From the NCBI RefSeq assembly GCF_000150275.1, contig NW_002060984.1:21185-85184 (forward strand): a stretch of 64,000 nt of DNA. The letters run 5' to 3'. Position 1 is the stretch's first letter. Every line of letters begins with the position of its first letter. The translations under genes were made by a program, and so were the position numbers. The stretch is from Trichoplax adhaerens. Lineage: Eukaryota > Animalia > Placozoa. Shown in pieces: positions 24,901 through 37,119 of this stretch. Under the pieces are notes generated by a model, which was not told where the DNA came from, did not search any database, and worked only from the letters and a program-made list of their open reading frames with translations.

Positions 24901-27900
24901 TGTTGGCGAAATAGCTTGTGGTTATGCCGATGGCGCACTTACAGCTGAGACAGCTTTACAGATTGCTTACTGGCGAGGACAATCGATTCTTGACGCTAAG
25001 GTAGATAGCGGAGCCATGGCGGTAGTAGGACTAAGTTGGGAAGAAGCCAAACAACGTTGTCTGCCAGATGTTGTAGCAGCTTGTCATAATGCTGAAAGAG
25101 CTATTACTATTTCAGGCGATCCAAATCAAATTGACGTGATGATTACGGAACTTCAATCTCAAGGTTTGTAACTTTTCGGGTACTTTGTTTTAATTTGTAG
25201 AATGAAAGTAGAGTATAATATACGATTAGATCAGAAGCCTACAATTCTATTTGTTTAACATTGCTCGCTCAACAATAAAAATAAACGTAATAATTATTGC
25301 TTTTATTATTCATCAAGAATTGATAATATCCTGTAATCATAGTACGTACGATACAATTTTATATCGATTTAAATTTATAAGTGCTGTTAATTTATCTAGA
25401 AATTTTTACAAGAAGAGTTAATAGTTCCGGCATAGCTTTCCATTCTCCATATATTGCTAAAGGTGCATCGCTATTCAAATCTGCCTTGAAGAAAATTCTT
25501 AAAACGCCGAAGTTGCGCTCTTCGCGATGGATAACTACCTCAGTTCCCAAATCAGAAATCAACGATGAATACGCAATGTACGCTTCAGCAAAATATTACC
25601 ATAATAATTTTATCAATCCAGTACTATTCTATGAAGCGATGACAGCTATACCAGATAATGCTATAGTTATCGAAATTAGTCCTCATCATATTCTTCAAGC
25701 TGTTATAAAGCGAAATCTCACATCGAATTCGTTAGTACTTAAAACCATGCGTAAGCATCATTCCGATAATCGTGAATTATTCTTAAATTCGCTTGGCAAG
25801 CTGTATCTTCAAGGGATAAATATTGATCCTTCGCCTCTTCTGCCTAAAATCTCTTATCCGGTAATAACTTACACTTGAATATGTCAATATTTAAATCTCA
25901 AGTATGTAGATATATTATAAATACAAATACGACATTAAAAACTAATGTATATGTGTACCATAATAGCACTACAGTACTCTTACTTTCTTATCGTTAATAT
26001 AATTTTAGCGTATCAAAATATCTTAAACAAGATAGCAGGTGTACACTATGCAGCTCGCTATAGTATATAGTAAAACTTCAGTACTCATAGCACTTATACT
26101 GTAGGATAATATATTTACAGCAATTATTTACCCATGATAAGATGTTAAAGCAATATATTTGTGATTTTAAAATATATAATTAAAGTATCTCCTTGAATTC
26201 AAGCTTTACACAGTCAATTAATATAAAATTGATGATGGGTAATTCTTTGCTTGTAGCTTTATCGTAAAAAAATTCTGCTAGATGTAATTTAGTAACAGTA
26301 AACTGACATTGCACCACCATATATGAAGCGTTAACTTATAGTATAAGATATGCATTCTTTATTCAATGTAAAATTGTAATTATGATCAAGAAGATTTCCT
26401 TTTTCTTATTTCTCATTATAGGTGCCTGCAGGTACTCCGTCTATTGCACCAGCAATCACCTGGGATCATTCTCAAACTTGGGCTATACCTACTCTCGATA
26501 TGTTTTATTTAAAGAGTAATCAAAACTCTTCTTCTGCTATTACATTCGATATCGATCTCTCCGCAGATTCGCCTGATCATTATGTCTTGGGCCATGTAAT
26601 CGATAACCGAGTAATTTATCCATTCGTAGGTTATTTATTACTTGCTTGGAAAGCGTTAGCTCGATTATTAGATACAACCTATACAAGACTACCTGTTATA
26701 TTTAAAGACGTTGAAATTCATCAAGCGACGTTACTACCATCTACTGGTATTGTCAAGTTTAACGTCGATATTAAAGTGAAAACTGGAAAATTTGAAATAG
26801 AACATTGCAATAATATAATAGTTACTGGAGAAATTAAAGAAGCTGAAGAGAATATTGCTGTTAGTCAGTTATCGCCAATAGATCATAAAGAAAAGTTAAG
26901 ATTATCTAATGAAGATGTCTATAAGGAGCTTCGTGTACGCGGATATGATTATAGCTTAAGCTTTAGATCCATTCATGATGCATCACGTGATGGAACAAGT
27001 GGCCAAATTATCTGGGAAGGAAATTGGGTTACGTTTCTTGACGCTATGCTACAAATGTCAGTAGTAGGCTTATCTGGACGTAGTTTACCCTTACCAACAC
27101 AAATTCGTTATATTTCTATTAACCCCACGAAACAAACTTACTACTTACAAGAGGATGAGATAGATAGCTCTAATAATGATGAAGTGCAAGAAGGAGTAAC
27201 TAACTCACACCATCAATTAGTACAATATATTCTAAATCCTCATACTAATGTTCGAGTTTTAGGTAATATTGTTGAAATGCGTGGAGTAAATATCACTATT
27301 GCGCCGCGGCGACAAGATGATCCAGACGGATTAACCTTAGCTGAGTATCATTTTATACCTTATTTTGAGCAACAAACCATGCACAATAACGAAATGTTGG
27401 TCCAATATAAATCTCACTTACAAGACTTTATTCAAAACAATTGTAATCAAATATCACAACAATCACAGAATAACTTAAATGAGAATAGTATAGTTAAGAA
27501 ATTAACACAGCTACTAGATAGCAATACGCAAATCGATCATGACTTAGATAATGACAAGATCGAACAATATCTAGAGAATAACAATTATAGTTTATTCCAG
27601 CTATTATACAAGGTCTATCAAGTTAAATCCGATATCGGAGCAACGCATCTAGTAGAAGATATTGTACCTGACAGTATAAATTTATTAAGATACGATATTT
27701 TATTGTCGGCATTAATTTCGCCTCGATACTTAAGGACTTCGATCGATATTGTATATGAGAATATGTTTACATCGCCTATTCGTATTGTAGAACTTAATGC
27801 TGTCTATGGACAACTCTTTCGAAGTGTAATCCATTCTATATTATGGCATCCTCAATCAAGTGTAGCTTATACGGCTTTAGTTAGACACACTGAACATCAA

Positions 27901-30900
27901 ACTAAATTAGAGGGCGAAGTTAAAGCTTTTAGTAACATAGCTAGAATAATGCTGTTTAATAAGGATGTTATAAATGATCAAATGAAAAAGTCTACAGATT
28001 TACTTTTAAGTAGTTACACTACTCTGTATGAGAATATCTCAGCTGAAGATCAGATCTCGTTAGCAGCTACATTATTAAGTGACGGCGGATTTTTCATTTT
28101 ACATGAATGCACTCGTAATTTTGCAATAGTTTTAGCTTTATTTGCTTACAATAAGAATATATGGACAGATAGTAGGCCGAATGGTCATCGTTTGTTAACA
28201 GAAAGTGAATGGATAGCTATTTTAGAAAAGAGTGGATTTCAAATTGTCTCCATGAAAAGCGATGGTCTACTGTCGACTTTATTTATCTGTCGATATCGAA
28301 ATGTTGAGAATATTCAATCGTCATCTATGCTATTAGACATTAATAGCATCCAATTTGATTGGGTCGAGATATTAAAGGAAATGATGGCTGATAATCGTAA
28401 ACAAAAGCAAAATAAAAAGATATGGATAATCGCTGATTCTAATAATACATCTGGTGTAATTGGATTTATGAACTGTTTACGTAAAGAGCCAGAAGGTGAA
28501 AATGTTCGTTGTATTTTCAATGCTTCTCTTGAAGATTCGAATTCATCTATAAATATAATATCTGAAATGGAGAAAATTCAACAACACGATTTAATTATAA
28601 ATGTTTATCGCGATGATCGATGGGGATCATTTCGTCATTTATATATTTCTCAACAACAAACATTATCAACAAGTCATCCGCATGCTTATATTAACATGGA
28701 TATTCGAGGGGATTTATCGTCATTAAAATGGTTTACTTCCTCTATCAGTTATACTCGACCTAATAATGATGACGATGATGATTATGACGAAGTTTTATAT
28801 CATATTTATTATGCCCCTATCAATTATCGCGATGTTATGATTGCTACTGGTAAACTAGCGCTAGATGCTCTACCTGCTAATGTCTCGACACAAGAACGTA
28901 TTCTAGGCATAGAATATTCCGGAAAAGATGATCAAGGCCGCTGCGTAATGGGATTATTACCTTGTAATGGTATGGCTACAACTATTGTAACTAAAAAGAT
29001 ATGGTCATGGTTTGTACCTGAGAAATGGAGTCTACAACAAGCAGCGACTATCCCAATAGCTTATTCGACAGCGTACTATGCTCTAGTTTTAAGAGGCCAA
29101 ATTAAATGTGGAGAATCAGTATTAATACATATTGGCGCCAGTAATGTCGGTCAAGCTGCTATTAGAATCGCATTATCTAAAGAATGTAGAGTTTTCACGA
29201 CTGTCGGTACAGAAGAAAAGCGTCAGTTCTTATTACAACAATTTCCACAATTATGTAACGAAAATATCGGCAATTCGCGAGATACATCTTTTGAGGAAAT
29301 GGTTATGAACGCTACTAATGGACATGGAGTAGATATAGTATTAAATTCGTTATCTGGAGAAAAGTTACATACGAGTATTCGTGTATTAGCTGATCACGGT
29401 CGATTCTTAGAAATTGGCAAATACGATTTATCAAAGAATACCTCGTTAGGTATGGCTATATTTCTACGTAATATTTCTTTCCATGGTATCTTATTAGATG
29501 CGTTACTCGAAGACGACAATCCTGAATGGCCGCAAGTAGCTAAACTTGTATCGGATGGTATAGCATCTGGTATCGTGCAGCCTTTGAAAACGATCGTATT
29601 CGATCGCGACGATTTAGAAAGTGCATTCCGATTTGTAGCTCAAGGTAGACATATTGGGAAAGTACTAATTCGAATCCGTGATAACGAGAATGATTCTATC
29701 GATAAATCGATCAACTTAGCTAGTAGAGTTCGATTTAATTGTATAGCGGATAAGAGTTATATTATAACAGGTGGTCTAGGAGGATTTGGTTTAGAGTTAG
29801 CTCAATGGCTAATCGATCGAGGAGCATGTAAACTAGTCTTAACGACTACAACTGGAGTTCGTAATAACTATCAAGCAGGCAAAATATCTACATGGAAAGA
29901 TAAAGACAGTGTAGAAGTTTTGATATATAAATGTAATCTTGCTCTTGAAGAAAGTGTAGAAGATTTAATTTTTGTGGCTGATCAGTTAGGTCCTATTGAT
30001 GGTATTTTTCACTTAGCTGGAGTATTTGATGATGGATTATTCGAAATTCAAAGTCAGGAGTCTTTTCATAAAGTCGCTAAAGCTAAAATTGAGGGTACAA
30101 AACATTTAGATACTATTTCTCGTATACAATGTACTACACTACAATGGTTTGTTACTTTCTCATCGTATGTTTCTGTTCGTGGTAATATCGGCCAAACTAA
30201 TTACGGTTATGCTAATTCTGCTATGGAACGTCTATGTGAAAAACGACATTATGATCAATTACCCGCAACATCGATACAGTGGGGAGCTATCGGAGATACT
30301 GGTATGGTATTTGATCGTCTTATAGGCGATAATAATACACAGATTGGAGGGATGTTACCGCAACGAATAATTTCTTGTTTAAAAGTTATGGAAACATTGC
30401 TGTTTAATAAGCATCCAGTAGTTTCTACTTTTATACAAGCAAATCGTGGAAATAACTTTAGCAGCGATAATCAGATTTCATCATTTGATCTGTTAAATAG
30501 TATCGGCAATATATTAGGAGTTAAGGATCTGACGACTATTAATGAAAATTCGTCTCTATCCGATCTTGGATTAGATTCATTAATGGGTGTTGAAATTAGA
30601 CTACTAATGGAAAGAGATTGTAAACTATCGATGTCTATCGATGAAGTTAGACAGCTTACAATTAATAAACTCAAAGAAATCAGTTCGTCGCTGACATCAA
30701 ACGATCACAGCGCAAATAATATAGAATCGAGATTACAAACGATAACTGCTATGCAGTTTGACGGATTTCCGATCAAAGCGCCTTTACACTATGATACACT
30801 GATTTCATTAAATACAGTTACATCTAAAGATAGGCCAATGTATATGTTCCATCCGATAGAAGGATCTGTCCAACGATTTACAGATATCGCAAGTAAACTA

Positions 30901-31620
30901 GCTATACCCGTTTACGGTATTCAATTATCGCCTGAAGCACCCATGGATAATACAGAAATCTTAGCTAGATTTTATTTAGATAAAATCAGAGAGAAGCAAG
31001 AAAAAGGTCCTTATCGTTTATGTGGATATTCTTATGGCTGTATGATCGCTTACGAGTTAGCGATTCAGCTACAACGAGAATCGAATGACAATGTAGAAGT
31101 GTTATTTATGATTGAAGGATCATATTGCTCTACGAGTGATCGTTTGAAGATTTATAGAGAGCGATATCGAAAAGAGCTTACTGACGATAACGTATACTAT
31201 TCTGAAATGCTATTTTATTTTATTCAAGCTTACATTTCTAATATCTATCACGATACTCTTGTCGATGAATTGATTAGTTTAACGTCGCTTGAACAGAAAA
31301 TTATTCATATTGTATCGTTAATTATGAAGGAACATCCTAATAGTGAGCGAAAATTTTTAACATGGGTTACTAATTCGTTTATTAATTTAAACAAAATTGC
31401 CTATGATTATGTACCATCATCAAAATTTGACGGAGACATATATATGATAACAGCATCAGACAGGGATGAAATAGCAATGGCTCTAGGCAATGACTACGGA
31501 CAGCAAGTTCAATGCGATGGAAAAGTATATAACAAGATGATAGAAAGTAATCATGTCTCTATATTGCACGACGAGAATTCAGTTAATATTGCTAGTTATA
31601 TAACTTCGAAACTTGGATAA
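21959..31620 (+). CDS. FAS-A: divergent animal type I fatty acid synthase-like megasynthase (KS-AT-DH-psiMT-ER(degenerate)-KR-ACP-TE), 7 coding exons, ~2565 aa
   Basis: Exons 21959-22427, 22538-22762, 23533-24015, 24158-24739, 24885-25163, 25400-25860, 26422-31620 join in frame. [45 protein letters not shown] and [26 protein letters not shown] and [26 protein letters not shown]. Confidence 0.95.
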
Positions 31621-32874
31621 GAAGATAACAGCGTGTTTTCATCTCAATAAAGTAGTTTAAGTATTGTGATCAGTATACTTTAGGTCAATAATCACACTTG
31701 AAAATAGGTTTATTTGTATTGATGTAAGAAAACAAGCTACTAATGCTATTATTGAAGTTATGATTTTAAAGCGATATTACATAACCTGCTTTTATAAACA
31801 TGTGTGCTCTATGGTTATATATTATATGCATGAATAAACACTGAACTAGTTTATAAGTCTTTACATCCGTATTACTTATTCCTAAGTATGTTATGATAAT
31901 ATAATTGAAAACAATTATGGATTATTTAAAGTATATCTTAAATATCAAGTCTGTCATTTATTCGTTATAGTATTATAAGTACTTGTGCTGTTAATTATAC
32001 TTAATATCTTGCAATCATTCCTAAATCACGGCTTCGTATTATACAGTAAAATCCATGATTTTACAATTTACGTTAACTTGCTTTTTTGTAGACATTATAA
32101 TCATGTTTTTAGTGGTATTACTATATCTTATTTGAAGTAATTATGGCTTTTCTGTTAATTCACGTACTAGCACATTTGAGAAATAAATAAGCATAATTAA
32201 AAACATTTTTATTATCACTCTAATCATCGTAAGGTTAATAATCTGCTTTTGTTAAAAAATATCAGCAGCAATTTGATGAATGTAATGACTTACGATTTTA
32301 TAAAATAAACTGCAGACAAATAATTCACGTACTAATAAATCAAGGAAAGAGTAGAATATTATTGCATAATCATGTGAATTTTATTAGACGCGATATTTGG
32401 TGTTTTATTACCAAAAAATATTATTTACTCGCTTGCGTACTTACATGTAGTACGCTGTAGTATTGTTACGACATTACGTTACCTAAAACTACAGAGTTTA
32501 TAGAAATATTAATGTTCACAGTATTTCAGTGTTACTGTAGAGCTGATTTTATCGAAAATAGCTGGTTGCGAATTTACTGAATAAAGTTGTACTATAGAAT
32601 AGAGTATAGTATTTTTAGTGATGGTGTGCTTTTTAGAAGGGTAGATCTTAGGTGTTATGGTCAAAATACTACTGTATACACTTATATAAGATTAGGGCAG
32701 TCATCTTTAGAGAGAACTCACTGTAAGTGCTTTGCATTAGACTAGTAAACTTGTCGGAAAGTAGTCCGTGACAAGTATATATTGCATATATAACTATAAT
32801 TATGATATTATTTCTTTTGCTACACCGTTATAATTTCAATTTAGAGGAGTTAGAAGCCTAATGTATATCGCTCT

Positions 32875-33925
32875 ATCAATACAGTGAAGAGCTATCGGAG
32901 ATACTGGTACGATATTCGATCGTCTAATAGGCGATAATAATACACCGATCGCAGGTGTGTTACCACAACGAATAATTTCTCATTTAAAAGTTATGGAAAC
33001 ATTACTACTTAATAAGCATCCAATAGTTTCCGCTTTTGTACAAGCAAATCGTGGAAGTAACTTTAGCAGCGATAATCAGATCTCATCACTTGATCAGCGA
33101 AAATTTCGTTTATGTGGAGCTACAACGAGAATCGAACGACAATGTACAAGTGTTATTTTTGATGGAAGGATCGTATTGCTCTACGAGTGATCGTTTGTAG
33201 ATTTTTATTGAGAGCGATATCGAAAAGAGCTTACTGACGATAACGTATACTAACTATTCTGAAATGCTATTTTATTTTATTCAAGCTTATATTTCTAATA
33301 TTTATCACGATACTCTTGTCGATAAATTTACTAGTTTAGCATCGATTGAACAGGAAATTTTTCATATTGTATCGTTAATTATGAGGGAACATCCTAATAG
33401 TAAGCGAAAATTTTAGCATGGGTTGCTATAGTAATTCGACTATTAATTTAAATAAAATTGCCTATGATTATGTACCATCAAAACTGCATGGAAACATATA
33501 CATAGTAGCAGCGTCAGGCAGAGATGAAATAGCAATAGCTCTAGGCAATGAGTACAAACAGCAAGTGCAATATGATGGAAAAGTATAAGAAAATATGATA
33601 GAAAGCAATCATGTCCTTATATTGCATGACGAGAATTCAGTTAATATTGCTAGTTATATAACTTCGAAACTTGAATAACTAGATAACAGCACATTCGTAT
33701 TTCAATGAAATTGTTAAAATATTATGATTAGTATACTTCAGGTAGACAACTACGCTTGAAATAGGTTTATCTAAATTTATGTAAGAAAATAAGTTACTAA
33801 TGCTGGCATTGAAATTGAAATTTTACGGCGATACTACAAGGATTGCTCCGATAAATATGTATGAAAGAGTATATATCTACGTATGGACTTGTATATCATA
33901 CGCACAAATACGTACTGAACTAGTT
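32875..33925 (+). pseudogene. Partial, internally deleted duplicate of the FAS-A 3' end and 3' UTR
   Basis: Close nucleotide match to ~30270-30490 and ~31014-31853. TGG to TGA at 32885, frameshifts, and deletion of the ACP and the TE nucleophile motif. Confidence 0.92.
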
Positions 33926-34353
33926 TTTATTATTTAACTCTGTTTGTTATTAGTTAAGTGGCATTTATAAAATAAAATAATTATACTTAGCATTTACCTT
34001 TTAATATCTAATTTATTTTATCAGAAACGTTTCGATACGGCATTCCTACTTACATTCGCAGATAACTATATGAGCGCTTTCTTCGGAATTCTATATCGTG
34101 ACTGATTCAAACAAGTTATATTATCATTTTATGTACAGTAAATATAGTCATTCATTTCAATAAACCATTGTCGATAATATTGTAATTAATTTACCTAAAG
34201 TAATCCTAAGTATATCAGTTTAAAAAAATGTAGATTATTTAATATTTTGCAAGTATAAGCGAACATTTTTGTCGTTCTTTTTTCATTAATAATGAAAATG
34301 TAAAATTTTTCATTTAAGTATTCCGACATAAATTGACCGTGAAGGAACCATTA

Positions 34354-37119
34354 TTAGCTATCGTCATCCCTGGGTGGAAGACTAGCTAAATATTCCTTAA
34401 GCTTTTTTACTTGCGATTCTTCACAGCATCCATTCTTAATTAGGGTTAAACTGTTATCTCGGTCAAGCTTTCCGTAATGCATTAAATGATTTCCTAGGCG
34501 TAACTTTGCGTAACGCATTATGAAGTGTAAAATAGCCCAACGCAATTCTAGTAAATCTCCATCTAGTACGAATATTTAAATATAATAATATTTGGAATTA
34601 AGGATTGATTAAATTTAAATATTTCTTAAAACAAGAAATCTTACTCCAGTAACAAACTAACCTTTATAAGGCTTTAATGCATCAGTTAAGAGTGTTGCTA
34701 TATTACTTAAGATACTACTTTGACTAGCAAATGTAGAGAAAACATCGTCATGATTTAGGATGCCTAATATTTTACAGCACGTCCAATCATCCCCTACAAT
34801 TTGAAAGTGAGTTATAATGGCTTCGTAATAGGACTGTATGCATTGATAGCATTGAGTAACATTTAGTGCTTCTAGCCACAGATTGCTAACATGGATCAAT
34901 CTTTCAAGGCTATCTGCTGCAACCTGTAATGATGGATTTGATGGTAAGTTTACGCATGGTTATATATTTAAATTAGAGGTGAGGAGATAAAATGCTTTAT
35001 GATTTCAGTAGTATATAATAAGATTGATATCTATTCACTTATTTGCAGTATTTTCTGTGCTGCTGAGCATTAATATGATACTAGTTGAAAGATTACTTCT
35101 AGATAAACTATAATGATAGGGAGTACTATATTAAGAAATAATGTTTTCGGTGAGATTATGAAATATTCTTACCCTATAAATTAATATCGATGACGGATTG
35201 TTTACTTTATCAAATTTGTGATTGAGTACATCTAGTATAGTGGCTATAGATAAAGCAACAAATGGTCTAGATAATCGTAACGATGACAATTTCTTAATCG
35301 CTGAACTGGATATGATTGTCAATGAAGCCAAACAGATACATACACTTGTGTCAAACCTAGAACAGGCAAACAAAATAAGTATTAAGTGTAATCGATTCAG
35401 TTTATTGCGTTGCGCCAATATCTTGCATACTAGTCGGTTAAAATCATGTTAAAAAACTGTAATGAAATTATTAATTGATGAAATAAATATGATATAGAAT
35501 GCTAATCTTGCAGTAGGTTTCTATCTGCAAAGTTATTTATACAACACAATATCTGGAAATTTAGTGTATTAGTGTTGTGAGGTGGTTATTATATGGTACC
35601 CCGTAGTAATAACCCACCGAATGATCCATCGAAGACCTTACAGAAAATGACCATAAATTTGTTTCTATTAATAGGATACGAATACGTTCGCATATTACTG
35701 TACTGAGCGACAAAGATGGTGTTATCTGGCCAAGTTTATGAAAGTGTGTTTCCATATTAATTTCAGGTAATATCTTAATTTAAAACTTTAATTTTACACA
35801 TAAACATATTTACCTTACGGACTTCTTGGATAAACTGTCATTAAGTGCTATCATTAAATTTTTACAGAGGATAGTAGCTAAAATTAATAGAAGAAGCAAA
35901 GGTAAAAATATTTTAATATTAGTAAAATAGTAAATTAACGTTAAAGATTTTTACCACAATGCAAGATGATGGTGTGCAACATGATTATATGCATGTTACG
36001 TGCACATATAATTACAATCTGTGCGATACCGCCAATCTACTTAATCCTGTATAAAGAGATTAGCATACATTAACACAGAAGATAATCTTGATTGAGACTG
36101 CCTAGCCAAGCATCGACGTGCATTACATATTAACCTGCTGTAGGTGTATAACTGTGTTAATTTACAGGTAGCTACAGATGGTGGTGGTACATGCGCAAGT
36201 GAAAACAAATTAATTATGATTTTGGTTTAAGGCTTGGCACTTTATGAAATGCCACATAATCAGGGACTACGGTAAGCAAGATCTAATTCGATATGAACCA
36301 CTGCAGTATTGTATCAGCAGATTATTTCATCAAGCTACAGCGAAAAGTTTCTTCTTTGATCGAACAAGTAAACTATACGACGACGAAATTGGTATAACGA
36401 TAGTTAGGAACGATACTTTACTAAAATATTAACTCTGAATACATATTGGAAAGTAGCTAACCAGACAAGTTCATGACATGAATTTTTGGTTCAATGCCTC
36501 CAATAGACTTTTATCTTCCTTTTAATACTAATATGAACGTATGCGTATAATAAATCATCACAATATCAACGGAGAATTACGTAAGGCTACGGCACAAGTA
36601 CTTCTCCCTGTTTCGATGCAGTATTATCATTTCATAGTAGCCAAGGAAAGCAGGGAAGGATGGCTCATATTTTGACTATCATTAAGATTACTATGCTACT
36701 ATGATGATAACATTAGAGGCAAAGGTCGCGTACTTACTTTGTACAATAAAATGTTTACCGCAGGAATCTAATGTTAACCATAGGTTTCTCAATAAGCTAC
36801 ATGTAACACATCTAACCCATGACGATGGAGACATCATATGATTTAGTAGTAAGTTAATTTTTAATTCAGCGTCCGAAGTCTTCGTACTTTGTAAACATGG
36901 CAAATTAGAGCAGTACGTCAGCATTTGCATTTCATCGGTACAGGATAAATGTAATCTGTTCGGACCATCTTGTATATTTAAATTATTTTGTAAAGTTTCC
37001 AGCCTACTCATGAACGTAGTAATGGATATATCTTCAGTTTCCCATTGATGGCATTGGATTGCCAATATGTGCAACGGTGAATTTTCGGTTATTATATTTA
37101 AATCAGAGTAGGCCGCCAT
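34354..37119 (-). CDS. Unidentified multi-exon gene, probably a helical (ARM/HEAT-like) protein
   Basis: Run of minus-strand ORFs (36691-37275, 35561-35755, 35131-35418, 34657-34899, 34354-34545), several with apparent AG/GT boundaries; likely start aaaATGGCGGCC at 37119. Exons between ~35750 and 36700 not resolved; fold is a guess from Leu-rich composition. Confidence 0.55.

Noticed and set aside
27778-27822. Active C-methyltransferase in FAS-A or FAS-B
   Set aside because: The SAM-binding motif is degenerate (ELNAVYG; EMGATYG in FAS-B) relative to ExGxGxG, as expected for a pseudo-MT.
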